From Chiloscyllium plagiosum (lineage: Eukaryota), in assembly GCF_004010195.1 (NCBI RefSeq), contig NC_057719.1, forward strand, positions 77,474,743-77,538,742: a stretch of DNA of 64,000 nt. Direction: 5' to 3'. Made by a program: the position numbers and the translations under genes. Of the stretch, positions 49,606 through 63,005 are shown in pieces (position 1 is the stretch's first letter; every line of letters starts with the position of its first letter). The notes below the pieces were generated by a model. It worked only from the letters and a program-made list of their open reading frames with translations. It was not told the origin of the DNA and did no database searches.

Positions 49606-49890
49606 GGCGCCAGAGAGCCGGGTTCAATTCCCGCCTCAGGCGACTCTCTGTGTGGAGTTTGCACATTCTCCCTGTGTCTGCGTGGGTTTCCTCTGGCTGC
49701 TCCGGTTTCCTCCCACAGTCCAAAAATGTGCAGGTTAGGTGAATTGGCCAAGTTAAATTGCCCATAGTGTTAGGTGAAGGGATAAATGTAGGGGAATGGG
49801 TCTGGGTGGGTTGCGCTTCGGCGGGTCGATGTGGACTTGATGTGCCGAAGGGCCTGTTTCCACACTGTAAGTAATCTAATCTAATCTAAT
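49606..49890 (+). mobile_element. 5'-truncated HE1-type SINE abutting PLE end
   Basis: gcgccagagagccgggttcaattcccgcc...ctgtaagt and (aatct)n tail. Confidence 0.9.
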
Positions 49891-50139
49891 GTTTAAAGTT
49901 TCATACCAGCTAAATATTATGGTAGACTGTACAATTGCATGCTCATGCCATTGAGTGCATGCTGAGAAATTCTGCATACAGCACATTAATAGATTGAAAT
50001 TTGGAGACTACTCGCATAGACAATTTCCTGATGTGTGTTCCTGATAGGCAAAACTCCATGTTAATAGGGTGCAAATCAAGAAATTCACTTCAGCTTTAAA
50101 TTAATCTTTTTATTTTCTTTGGTCTATGTTATCATGGGA

Positions 50140-50370
50140 AGGACTGATACTCTGAACTTATACATCTTCATTTTTTGAATTTGTATGATTTTGTACTTTT
50201 GAAGGTCTGTAAATCTAGACTTCTTATTTCCTTATTTTTCTTTTTTTCCCCCAAACAACTCAAGAATCTTTCCCCAGGAACCTTGTACCTAAGATGGCAC
50301 CATAAGTGGCGACTTGTAAACTTTTCACTGTACTCACGTGAGTACATGTGACAATAAAGCTAATTCAATC
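50140..50370 (+). mobile_element. 3' fragment of the Rex1-tailed non-autonomous family
   Basis: gtacctaagatggcaccataagtggcgacttgtaaacttttcactgtactcacgtgagtacatgtgacaataaagctaattc. Confidence 0.7.
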
Positions 50371-52379
50371 CACAAAGAAAATTAATGAAGCCAAGATGGG
50401 AGACACAATGGACAAGTTTGGTAAGTACATATCAAGGTGATTTTCTGTTTACAGAACGGATGAAAGTATTAAACTGTCAAATTACAGTGTTGATGTGATA
50501 CTGTAATCTTCTGCCAATAAATGTTGCTGCTTTGTACTAATGTGATAAGCTGACTTTTTCAGACATACCAGGGACCAGTTAGGCTCTTTTCTTTGTTTTA
50601 TCCCAACCATTTGCACTCTCCTTCCTGCTGAGTCTGAATCTTTCAATAGGCTGGTTCCAAAATGAATATTGCTCAGGGCAAAGGCCTACATCTATTTCAC
50701 TTCCTCCTCCAATCAACTTTTCTGCCTGTTCTGTCTGACATATGCAATCTAGCTGAATACAATCCTAGCACTGTTCTCAACTGGTGAGCTTTGCCCTACA
50801 GTGTTTTAAACCCTGTTCTTTATGTGGTTTATTGCAAGTGTCATTAGGCATTTGCTGGACCTATCAGTGGCATAATCATTAAAGCTGTCTCCCCATCACT
50901 AGCCTTTAGGCCACTTGTAATAATTGTCTGAAGCTGGTCTTAAATCTGTAATAGGAAATATATCTCATCTTCATTGCATAAATGAGCTGGAATGTTAAGT
51001 CTGCTTTGTCTAACTGTCAATAAGATTGATTAGTATTAGCAACATGTGAATGAAAGGATGCATTGCATTTCAAGTAGTTTCAGCTAAATCTTAAGTTACC
51101 TTGAAGTCTGCCACACAGCTTCCATAAGCAACAACTCATTTTATTTATTCTTACAGTGGCATTACCTACATGCTATGAAATGACAAAAGCTGGAGGCAGA
51201 CATAGAGCATGAATGGGAAAATGCAGGTTGGAGGAAGAGCTGAAGCACTTCTCATTAATTAAAGAAAAAAACTCAGTGGTCTAGACCTTGCAATGCCTGT
51301 GAAGCTGGACGTTGAGGCATTTGCCCCCAGTGAGGGCTGCAATGGTTTGTAATGTTCTTGGATACTACTTATGCTTCCAGAAAGGGCTCTATGGGAGCAA
51401 TCTCTCAACATGTATACTTGGGCTGCTTGTGCTGTTATTTACATCGATTTATTTGGGGCTCTTCCCAACAGGCATGAAGCCTAACCCAGGAGCACAGTCC
51501 TTTAAATCAGGAGGAGTACCAAAACACTGCAACAGCCCCAGAAATCCTAGAAACCCTCTTCCCACCAAAACCTCTGGCCTTTCCACGAACCTCTCCGAAC
51601 TGGTCTGAATTGGGTTTTGTACAACTTAAAATGGAACTCCAGATCAGAGAAGCACCAGTCTTTCCAAATTCTACTGTTTCTCTTTCCTGTTGCCCAGCAC
51701 ATTTGACTCCAGGGTGTGACTGTGGGGAGGTGTATTGTGGTGGAAGATGGGGTGTTTGGTTAGGGATGTCCTTGAGGGATGTGAGGGAGTAGCGTGGTGA
51801 TGCTTCACTTGAATGACAATGTGTTAGTAACCCTCCTAATGTGTCTCCCCGATGGGCCTCTGGTACAGCCATGACAGTAAGTTCCTGCTGTAACTGATTG
51901 AGAAAAAGCACAAAAGTGGAGACAAACTCAATTTAATATCGATTACAAGATCTGGGCCAAACAGTAAGTCACATAGAAACAGAAAAGCATTTATGGGCAG
52001 AAGACCATCATCTCCATGCCATCCCTAAAATGGCTACCTTTTGACAGGGGGAAGCACTGTGCAAGGTAATGGTTCTAAAGTAAATAACATAAGTGTAACA
52101 TTGAGCTCCACCTAAACAGTGGATATCACATCATGCCTAGGTTTTAGATAGAGAGAATGAGTTCTGCACTAGCCTGTATAGGGAGCAGATTTATTGTATA
52201 CAGCACCCAAAGGTCCACAGCAATTATGCCTGAATAGTATTAAAAGTTATATATATTACTAACATACAATCGAAAAATGTTGTTAACTACGCCAAGTGTC
52301 TCTTCTGTTTAGACTCACCAGTGGCTTATCCTCAACCACCAGTTATTAGGTAGGTCATAGATGCAATATACACAAAGCA

Positions 52380-53080
52380 GGACTGGTGGCAATCTCACTC
52401 AGTACTAGATGCTGGCAAATACCAAAGGAAGCTTATTGATGAAGAAGCTGAAGATGGTTGGGTCAAGAAATGATATCCTGGCACTGAGATGATTGACTTC
52501 CAATAGACACAACATCCAACTTTATGTCACGTATGTCTCTGACCAGCTGAGAGTTTTCCCCGATTCACAATAATTCTAGCTTTTGCTATGGCTTTTTGAG
52601 TCATGCTTTGGCTGATGCAGCCTTGATGTCAAGAGCTGTCACTCTCATCTCACTACTGGAATTCAGCTCTTTTGTCCATCTTTGAACTAAGGCTGTAATG
52701 GGGTCAGGAGCTAAGTGGCGCTGGCAGAACACAAACTGGCTATCAGTGAGCAGGATACTTGTTTACAAGAGCTGCTTGATAGTACTGTTGATAACCCCTC
52801 CATCTCTTCATTTTCGATCAAGAGTACAGTGGGTAATAATTGGCCAGGTTGGATTTAACCCGTTTTTTCATGGCTGGACATAAAACTGGGCAATTTTCCA
52901 CATTGTCAGGCAGATGCCAGTTTTGTAGCTGTGCTGGAACAGCTTTGTTCAGAGTGTGGTTAGCTTTGAAGCGTAAGTTACTGCTTGTGGAATGTTGTTG
53001 AGTGCATAGCCTTTGCAGTACTTAGAACTTTCAGACATTTCTTGATACAAAATGTACTTAACTGAATTGCTTGAAGACTG
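52380..53080 (-). mobile_element. Second LINE family, ORF2 fragment
   Basis: ccttgatgtcaagagc (ALDIKA on minus strand) and gggcaattttccacat (MWKIAQ). Confidence 0.7.
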
Positions 53081-55989
53081 AACTCTGAAATAAATGTACA
53101 AAATGCTGGAAGTATTCTGTATGTCAGGTAGTATTTGAAGGGGGAGAAACATGTTTTGGTTTGAAGACCTGATGAATCTTATTATCCTCATGCTGCTATG
53201 GTGGGAAGGTAAAGCAATTACTGCCTTCCTATCCACAGGCCAATTGAGCCATTTAGATTGTCAATGAAACACCGCTTTCTGCTCCCCAGTGGAAGGATGG
53301 GGAGATTGCCTGGTAGCTTTCCCATGAACTCGAGGTTGCTTCTCTTATACTCAGGCACTCCATGGTCCATGGAGAGGTTCCAATGACCGTCACTCCGCTT
53401 TTTCTCATCATCCGCCCACTCCCTATTATCAGAACCTCCATGACATGCCCCCATGCAGCACCCTGTCTCCTCCCACCCCCACCCCAAACCCCAATAGCTT
53501 GGTTGGGAGACCAACGAAAGTCCCTTTCTTCTCAACCCGGTACTTGGTAACACTGTAAAGCCAGCTGAGCTGTTGGTCCTCCATTGGTCAGCAGCTTCTG
53601 GAGATAGACAGCAGGCACCTAAAACGATGGCAACCTTGATGGAAACTAATTAGTTGCCTGGTGCCTGAAAAATGCATCCACAAACATGCAATGCGGAGTT
53701 GCCTCAGAGCTTTACACCCAGTTGTGGGGACACCCATAACCGTACAAAATTCAGTCCCGTTAACTCTTATTCTCCCTCCACTCAGACACCTGACCTGCTG
53801 AGCATTTATAGCATTTCTGCTTTTGCTCTCTACTAGTAGGAAGGTTTTGGGGGCTCAAGTTAAGAGCAGGAGTTATTAGTCAATATTAATTATTTCCAGC
53901 ATTTTTGGTTTTAGTTTGAGATTTCAAGCATTTGCAACTTCTGGGGCCTATTATGAAACAACATAATTGCATTGCACTTTCTACCAAATTTTTGTGTGAG
54001 TCTTGTCCACCCACTGAAATAAAGTGCTTTCATGAATAATCATAATCTAATTAAGGAATTATTTGAATGTAGTACTTGCCATTGCTGGCTATGTTTATAC
54101 CTCCCACTCATTGCTGAATATTTCTCTCAGTTGACATTCCACTGCTTTCCCAGAATGAGAGTTTTTGTGGAAATGCTCATTCCCTGGATTCACAGTTCAA
54201 CAAAGTTGAGCTCAGTCAATGTTGTGTTATTATTAAAAACTATTATAAGCTCCTTCTAACTCCAAGCCTTCATTGATATATTTATGAATACTGGGCCCAG
54301 GTTTCTCTTTCTTAAATTCTGAATTACAGACTTGGATGTAATAAAACTACACACCTTCTTCAGCATGCAAGTTCTTTACAATGTTGGTCTGAGAATCACT
54401 TGGTGACCAATCAGTTTGTCTGCTGTCATCAGCTCTGTGATGTTGCAAAAGAAAGCTCGTTTATGGTACAATCGGCAAATCCAAAGACACAGCTACTGAA
54501 GGTTTAACTGAGGCTGTCATGAATAATATACTCAATCCCTTGATTTGAAGTACGCATAATTATCAGCCAAAAGTAACATCCATGTTTCCTCAATTGCATT
54601 TTAAATCCTGCTGCTTCCGTTGTCTCTATGGCCACTTGTGGTGAGACACATCGAGTTATAATAATTATTTTGAGACAGAAAGCATTAACGTTTTCTCATA
54701 ATTTCCAAGAGATCAACTTGAGTCAGCTACTTGCTTCCATTTCACCGTAATTTTGAAAGATGAGTACCTTTCCCTACATTTGTCAAAAAAATTCTTTTGT
54801 AGATTTATGTTATAACTATAACTTGACAAATAAGGCAAAAATAGAACTGAATTGCACCTTGGTTGATCTGAGCTAATGTTTCAATGAGAGTATCTCTCCA
54901 ATACTGAAGTAACCTAATGCCATAAGAAAAACTTACAGACTGAGTTAGCTCACAGTACATGTCGCAGACACAGAAGCATAAGCATAGAGAAAGTTCACCA
55001 AGTGGCAGCTGAAAGATGAACACCATAGCAGACTCAAACCTGTCGTTGATATGGAGAAACAGGTCACGCAGCAGCAAATTGCTGGTGTAAAGAAGCTGTC
55101 GTCAGAAATTACAGCAAAAAGGGCACATTGAATGGGCATGTTTGAGGAAGAAACATGACCAATATACAACAAAAGTACAGAAACCAAAGAATAGGAAAAA
55201 AATCTACAGTACAAGAAAAGCATCAAAAAAGTCTAGATTCACTGTCCGAAGAGGAGCTGTTATTAAACATAGTAGCTATTTTCGGTGACACCAACAGAGT
55301 AACTCCTTTACTGAAAGACAAACTGGTAAGAATAGAAATAGACACCGGAGCAGCAGTTTCATTGATACTTGGAAGTGTCTGTAAGAAGCAGTTGAGCCAC
55401 ATTGTGCTGCCATCCTTAAGCATTGCTCAAAGGAAGTACACAGGTGAAATAGTTGCTTAAATGGGTTGTATTAATGTCAATGTTCAGTTATATGATGGAC
55501 TGAAAACTTGTTCTTACTTGTTAACAAAGCAAAATTTCCAGCTTTATTAGGAAGGATGTGGTTAAACAAAATCAAACGCAACTGTGCTGAAGCAAATTGT
55601 CAGACTCGAGATTGATCTATCACAAATTCTAAAGAAACAAGCAATTGTTTTTAATAGGGATCTGGGAAGCATGGAAAAGATCTCTGTGAAATTTAAAATC
55701 AATAATGAGAACCAAACAAAATCTTGCAAGGCTAGATCAGTGCCTTATGCTATTAGACCAAAGGTTCAAGTCAGAATTAGAGAGGTTAGTCAAAACATGA
55801 GTCCTTCAGTCTGTAAATGTGAGTGATTGGACCATGCCTAATGTACCAAGGGTGAAGATAGATGGATCAGTACACATCTGTACTGATGTTCAGGACTGTT
55901 ACTGTGCTGATCAGTATCCTTTATCTTTAATTGATTACCGATATGACGTCAAGATGGGAATCAGCTATTCAATAAAATTAGCCTTAGTC

Positions 55990-56084
55990 GAGAGTGGGGT
56001 GCTGGAAAAGTACAGCATGCCAGGCAGCATCCCGAGGAGCAGAGGAATCGACATTTCGGGCAAAAACCCTTCTTCAGGAATGAA
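55990..56084 (-). mobile_element. pLTR fragment (family A) with 16-bp TSD inside Gypsy RT
   Basis: TSD aaaattagc(c/t)ttagtc at 55974-55989 and 56085-56100. Confidence 0.88.
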
Positions 56085-56936
56085 AAAATTAGCTTTAGTC
56101 AAGCCTATCTCCAGATGAATGTAAATTGAGTCACAGATATACTTGATGATTCTAAAACATAAAAGATTATTCAATCACAAGAGATTTCATTTAGAATCAC
56201 ATCTGCATGGCATACTCCATTATGCCATGGATCAAATTTTAAGTAGACTGGAAGAAATCCAGGGTTACCTAGACGATATCAGTCAGGGAGAGAAATGAAA
56301 AACAGCTCTCTATTCTTTAGATGCTGCTCTGCAGAGACTCTGAAATTATGGCACACGAGTAAGAAAAGACAAATGTAATTTTTTTAAAAATCTTCCACTG
56401 AATATTTAAGCCATGTCTTGGGGATACTAAGGGCTTACATAACTTACCTTCAAAACTGAAAACTAGGGCACCAGACCTAAAAATATTAACCAACTCTGAT
56501 CATTTTTGGGATATCCAAATTACTATGGCAATATTGTTCCAAATCTGGCAGCCATTCCCAAGCTGTTGTGCTATTTATTATTCCAAACCAGGAATTGGAA
56601 ATGGGAAGACCAATGAGATAGAGTCTTTTACACCAGCTGAAGAGGTTTTATTAAAGTCAGAAGCCTGACCCATTTTGAGCCAAATTTACTTTTGCGACTA
56701 ACATGTGATACATCACCATATGGAGCGGGACAGTCGTTTCTCAATGGTAAAGAGAAGCCAATAGCTCATGCATCAAAGATGTTAATCAAAGCAGAACGAA
56801 CAATTCAAAGCTAGCAAAACAAGCTCTAGGGATCATTTTTTGGCATTAGACATTTCCACCAATATCTGTGGCTGTGAATTTACCCTTCCAACAGATCACA
56901 GATTATTGACAACAACATTTGGCTTTATATGGGTAG

Positions 56937-57300
56937 TAGGAAAAAGTGAGGACTGCAGACGCTAGGGAGTCAGATCTAAATGTATGGTGCTGGGAAAGAA
57001 CAGCAGGTCAGGCAGCATCCGAGGAGTAGGAGAGTCAATGTTTCAGGCATAAGCCCTTCATCAGGAGTGTGGAGGGAGAAGGGAGATGAGAAATAAATAG
57101 GGGGTGGGGGTGGGAGTGGGGGTGAGGCAGCTGGGAAAGTGATACGTGGATGCAGGTGCGGGGTAATAGTGATAGGTCAATGGGGAGGGTGGAGCAGATA
57201 GGTGGAAGGGAAGAAGGAGAAGTAGAACAGATCAAGAGGGCAGTGCCGGGTTGGAGGGTCGGATCTGGAATGAGGTGAGGGAAGGGGAGATTTGGAAAGT
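56937..57300 (-). mobile_element. Penelope-like 3' end (family A) inside Gypsy RNase H
   Basis: Reverse-complement homology to 1-325 and 13253-13540. Confidence 0.82.
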
Positions 57301-58276
57301 GCCACACTTTTCGACTCCCACCCTCATTTGGGGATACCTTGTTTAGCAGTCAACTGTATGCAGAGGTGGGTATTGTTAAGATTGGCTCATATTGATTATA
57401 TATAGGATATTACATATCACAAATACGTAGTGGTAATCCAGCTTCCATGGGAATGTTGATTGGCTCTCTAAATTAGTCAATTACAAATGGTACATATGTA
57501 GACATGTTTTATCTTGAATTGAGTCGGGAACACTCCAGCAATGGCAGGACAAGTTAAGAGGTGCACTAGAAATGATACATTATTATCAAAAGTAGTGGAA
57601 ATAATGCATCATGGCAAGATAACCCTAGAAATGAGGGAATAGATCAGACAGAAGCTAGAGTGTCCCTACAAGCAAGATATCTTCTGTGGGGAAAGAGGGG
57701 CATTATTTCAACACAGCGAAGGAAACGTGTGTTAAATGTGTGTTAAATCAACAATATAAAAATCACTGTGGCAAAGTCACAGAATGGAGGAGATAGCCAG
57801 AAGATATTTTTGGTGACCAGAGCTCGACTCTAAAATTGGGGATAATGCAGAAGTATGTACAACTTGCACAGGAGTTCACAATTTACCTCCATTTGCATCA
57901 ATACACCAATAGGAAAAGCCAAAAAAGCTTTGGCTAAAAATCCATATTGACCTTCTGAAGGCCAAATGCTTTTCATTGTGGTCAACATACATATTAAATG
58001 ACCTGAAGTTACCATCATAAAGGTGATGTCTTCAGAAAAAAAAATTGAAAGATTGGGTGAGATCATTGTATGGTTTGGTATTAGAACAATTTGTTTGTGA
58101 TAATGGTCCATTTATGGACTATCTAAATCAGAATGGAATTCAACGTATCCAGTGAGCTCCGCATTACCCGAATGGTAGAAAGTTTTGTTCAGACACAGAA
58201 ACATTCCTTAAGGAAGAACAAGGATCACTGTCCACAGAACTGAGGCAATTTTTGTTAACTACCAGAATACAACCCA

Positions 58277-58606
58277 GAATTAGAATCCGAACTGTATGGA
58301 AACAGGCCCTTTGGCCTAACAAGTCCACACTGACTCTCTGAAGAGTATTCCACCCAAACCCATTCTCCTACATTTACCCTGACTCATGCACCTAACCTGA
58401 TCACTCTGGGCAAATTTAGCACAGCCAATTCACCTAACCTGCACATTTTTGAACTGTGGGAGTAAACTGGAGCACCTGGAGGAAACCCATGCAGACACAG
58501 GGAGAATGTGTAAACTCCACACAGTGAGTCACCCAAGATTGGAATCAAACCTGGGTCCCTTGATGCTGTGAGGCAGCAGTGCTAACCACTGAGCCACCGT
58601 GCCGCC
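58277..58606 (-). mobile_element. HE1-type SINE inside Gypsy integrase
   Basis: Full minus-strand SINE ending gagccaccgtgccgcc. Confidence 0.92.
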
Positions 58607-58800
58607 AGTGGAGATGGTAGGGGCAGGAACGATAGCATCATTTAAGATGTATCTAGACAGATACATGAATGGTCAGGGAGCAGACGGATACAGACCCTTA
58701 GAAAATAGGCAGCAGATTTAGATAGAGGACGTGGAGCAGCACAGGCTTGGAGGGTCGAAGGGCCTGTTCCTGTGTTGTCATGTTCTTTGTTCTTTGTTCC
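58607..58800 (+). mobile_element. CR1 3' tail fragment
   Basis: gtggagatggtagggg...tcatttaag...gggcctgttcctgtg then tgttctt repeats. Confidence 0.85.
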
Positions 58801-59430
58801 CTGGCACAACCCACTCGATGAGTCCAAGCTTTCCATACTGTTCATGGAGAAGTGTCAGTTGTGCATGACATTTATTTGTTGAAAGCAACAACAGAATCAG
58901 GTTTCCAACAAGAGAACAAGGACAAACATCACAATTTCCAAAAAGGTCACGAACCGTTCACAATGAATTAAACCCTGGCAAGAAGTGGGTACCAGCCATC
59001 ATTGTAGCACAGACCAGACCAGTTCCCTATACAGTCCAGATGAGAGACGATGTAATATGGAGAAACCATGCAGATCAATTTTTAGCAAACACAACAAAAG
59101 TACCAGAGACAACATTGATTGAAGATCCACAAATACCTGCCACACACAGACCTGGATATACCTCAGGACAGTGCAGTAACTGAGGAAGACAGTGCCTTCG
59201 TGGAAAATACCATGACATTGTACAAACCTTTGATTATTCAGTCATCTCAGGAAAAGACAACAACTGATGATGACCCTAGTACACCTACAACACCAGAGCC
59301 TAACCCCTGAGGTGTGCCGACAGCCACATTGGAATTGACGTCCTCTGGCTTACCTATTGACTGATGTATATATGATTATAAATATTGTGAATGTTTCCAT
59401 TCTAGGTGTGTCTATTGCAAAGGGGAGAGA

Positions 59431-59870
59431 TGAGTATGTTGGACTATCACTCTGAGAGTCTGATCACATGATGTCATCACCAATTTTGGAGGAAAACAGC
59501 TTAATCTAACATTGCTGACTGCAGAATGAGCAGTTCCTTTATAAATCTTCTGATGTTGTGAAACATCTCAGGCGACTGACTGTGTGGGTTTCCTCCGGGT
59601 GCTCCGGTTTCCTCCCACAGTCCAAAGATGTGCAGGTCAGGTGAATTGGCCATGCTAAATTGCCCATAGTGTTAGGTAAGGGGTAAATGTAGGGGTATGG
59701 GTGGGTTACACTTTGGCGGGTCGGTGTGGACTTGTTGGGCCGAAGGGCCTGTTTCCACACTGTAATGTAATGTAATCTAATCTAATCTCAGCATCCCAGT
59801 CCTTCTTGAAAAGTATCGAGGAGTATAGTTCAATGGACTCAAGCTAGTCTTTAAAGGAGAAGTTGTTATG
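59431..59870 (+). mobile_element. Putative Gypsy 3' LTR (right end uncertain), interrupted by a SINE
   Basis: TG directly follows the polypurine tract. I saw no matching 5' LTR. Confidence 0.4.
59567..59788 (+). mobile_element. 5'-truncated HE1-type SINE with 7-bp TSD
   Basis: atctcag at 59565-59571 and 59785-59791. Confidence 0.9.
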
Positions 59871-60344
59871 GGTACAGAAAAGTGAAGTTAATGATCACAA
59901 TGGAACAAATGAGAAATGCAGTAAAGAAGTTCTACTCTGGCAGTTCAAGCAGCTTCCTTGGTGCTAAAGTTAATCTCCAAGTAAATGTCGTGTTAAGCTG
60001 CAAGGAGTTTGCTGAATGAGATAGGCTCTCTCACAGAGCTTGCACTTGGATGAAAATGAAGAAGTTTGTCAGTACTCCTAACTCTGTGGAATCCCACCAA
60101 GACTGGAATTAACCCAAGGTGAGAAAATCCACACCTGAAGACCGAATTATGTCAGGTTTGTATGTCGTATTGTGCTATTGCGAGGCCTAAAGCTCTCTTC
60201 ACTGTTAGGAACACTTAATATGCTCTACACTGAATGAATCAGCATGTGTCTACCCCATGCTAGATATGGTAACCCATTAAATCCCTTTCATGATAGGAAT
60301 TAAGAAAATCAATTATTGCAATCCCTGGATCAAGTGTTTTATAT

Positions 60345-60992
60345 CCTCCAAGTTCATGCATGCTTGCCTTAATCAGTTGAGGCATTGAGTATAAAAGTTG
60401 GAAAGTCATGTTGCTGCTGTATAAACATTTCTTAGGCTGCTTTGCAGTATTGTTTGCAGTTCTGGTCACTGCATTATAGGAAAAACTTGGAGGCTTTGAA
60501 GAGGGTCCAAAAGAGGTTTACCAGGATTTGGTCTGGATTGGAGTGTGTTAGCTATAAGGAGAGGGTGGACAAACTTGGATTGTTTTCACTAGAGCGTGGG
60601 AAGCTAAGGGGTGACCTGATGGAAGTATATACAATTATGAGAGGCATACACAGAGTGGAGAATCAGAGTCATTTGCCCAGAGTAAAAATTTCAAAAGTAC
60701 TGGGGGGAGAGGTTTAAGGTGAGAGGGGGAAAGTTTAAAGAAAATGTGTAGACAAGTTTTTTTTAATGTAGAGGGTACTAGTTGCCTGGACTGTGCTGCC
60801 TGTGGAGGTGTTGAAAGCAGATACAATAGCATTGTTTAAGAGGCATTTGGAAAGGCACATGAACAGGCAAGGAGTAGAAAGATATGGGCCATGTGCAGGC
60901 AGATGGGATTAGTTTAGAATGGCAACATGGTCAGCACAGGCATGATGAGCTGAAGGGTCTGTTTCTTTGTTGTACTGTTCGATGTTCTATGT
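60345..60992 (+). mobile_element. CR1/HER1-like LINE 3' fragment
   Basis: YCLQFWS...LKRVQKRFTRI...LGLFSLERGKLRGDL plus tail. Confidence 0.9.
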
Positions 60993-62786
60993 TCATTCCC
61001 AAATCTGTTATTCCATTTTCCAGAAATGCATTGTTGTATGGTACAGGATATTGTTGTACATTTCTGGTAGATAGGTAAATAATTATCAATCATCTATGAA
61101 GGAGAGAGAGAGAGAGAGAGAGGACTAGTTATAGGTATCATTCTATATCAAGTGGTGAGTAAGGCAGGGAGTCAGATCTCCATAAACTACCACAGCTAGC
61201 AGATAGCTTGAACCTGCACTGTTGGCATTGTTTGCTGCACTCTCTATCCATCTACGCTAATCAATCCCGACAAACTCACCGCTCTTATGAACAACATATT
61301 GTTACATATTATTTGCCTCAAACACAAATTTAAGATCACGTTCTTAATTAAATCAACTCAATGAAGTACAAAAACTGAATCCCTTGCTTACAGCATCTGT
61401 GAAATATACTAACCAAATTATGGAATTATTTTTCAAGGATCAAGGACATCTTCAGTTGGTTGAATGAATGCCTTGTTGTCTATTTATGTTAATCTCAGCA
61501 AGACCAGATTGACGTTCCCTGGAAGCTCCAATGTGTGTATCTTTAATAGGCTTAATTATGTAGGAAATTTATGCCTAGAACTAGTCATCATATTCTCTGA
61601 GTGTATGCTGTTGATACATAAGCTTTTTTAGAGATGAGGTTATTTTCTATCACTCGTTGTGCTCACTGCACTCTTGACATTCCACACTTCAATAGCTGTT
61701 AAATCTCCGCAGCATTAACAATTCACCTCATTCCAATGCATCTGCAATAAAACTTTTGCCTCTTTTCATAATTTCTTGACTGATTTACTTTATTCCTTAT
61801 AATTTCTCATCAATAGTTTAGGAGGGAATCTGATCTACATGCCGGTACTCCTCTTGAATTGCAATTACAGGCAGAGTAGTAATAATATGTGGACATTGAA
61901 CGAAACACTCATTATAGCTATTATATCTGGCACACTTGTACATACATGTGAGCATTCATGCTGATTCCTGTACTGCAGTATTTGAGATGGGTGGAATTTC
62001 TATTGACCAGAAGTCTTCGATAATTGATTGAGTACAACCCTCTCTTCCCCAAGGTATATATTTATGAGAAAATCCTTCATCCCCCTTGAATTCTATACTG
62101 TAAACCTTTGGCTCATTAGAAAACCTAAATGCAAAAGGTGTGTTTGTTCTGCCCACTTGCCAGTTCCATTTCACAGGAAAAGGATGTTGAGGGTGCTGTC
62201 TCGTGTAGTGTTGGCACTTCCCTGATTCTTGTGTGCACTGGAAACAGCCGTTATCTATGTCGAATGGCATTGTATGGCTGAATAAACATTTACTTCTCTG
62301 CAAAATACTTCAACCCACTCAGTTGCTATGGACCTAGCTCGCACTGTGGCTGGAACTTCAGTCAGAGTCAGATAGCCTAACATCAGACGTAATCTAAACA
62401 TGATTCACTGTGTGCAGAGTAAAGTCCACTTTTGTGCAACCAACAGAGCTTTTCAACACCAAAATGACACAGTGTAAGGCCAGAGGCCCAATTTTCTGAT
62501 CCCAATCACATTGAGAGCAAAGTTATGCAAGTCACTCACGCAACTGGAAAATCCATCTTTGTGTTTCTGGCTCAGTTTGACCAACCCGAACAAAAATCCA
62601 AGAAATGAAAGAGAGAAAAAAATGCAAATTCACTGAGCTGGATTCAAAGGAGCCTGCTGGAGTTGGTGACGTGGCACCAGCTAATTGACATGGAGTCGGC
62701 TAATCCTGCTCATTATTGAGACATTTGAAGTTCATTATCCCCAAGCCCACTGCAATTCAATGGTCATTCAGGGAATCCTCCTAACT

Positions 62787-63005
62787 TGAAGTTTGCACAT
62801 TCTCCCCATGTCTGCTCCTGTTTCCTCCCACAGTCCAAAGATGTGCAAGGTTAAGTGGATTGGCCATGCTAAATTGACAATAGTGTGCAGGGATGTAGAG
62901 GCTAGGTGGATGAGCCATGGGAAATTCAGGGATTGGGTTGAGGTGGTAGGTCTAGGTAGACTTGATGGACCAAATAGCCTACTCCCACACTGTAGTGATT
63001 CCATG
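62787..63005 (+). mobile_element. 5'-truncated HE1-type SINE
   Basis: gtttgcacattctcccc...ccacagtccaaagatgtgc...cacactgtag. Confidence 0.85.

Larger units (their letters stand above)
55020..59430 (+). mobile_element. Decayed Gypsy LTR retrotransposon internal region (gag knuckles-PR-RT-RH-IN)
   Basis: CCHC relics ~55040-55142; IDTGAAVSLI at ~55340; ARSVPYAIRPKV; KIDGSVHICTD; YLDDI ~56265; CDTSPYG ~56705; TDHR ~56890; integrase relics 57760-58200; PPT aaaggggagaga at 59419-59430. Confidence 0.92.
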
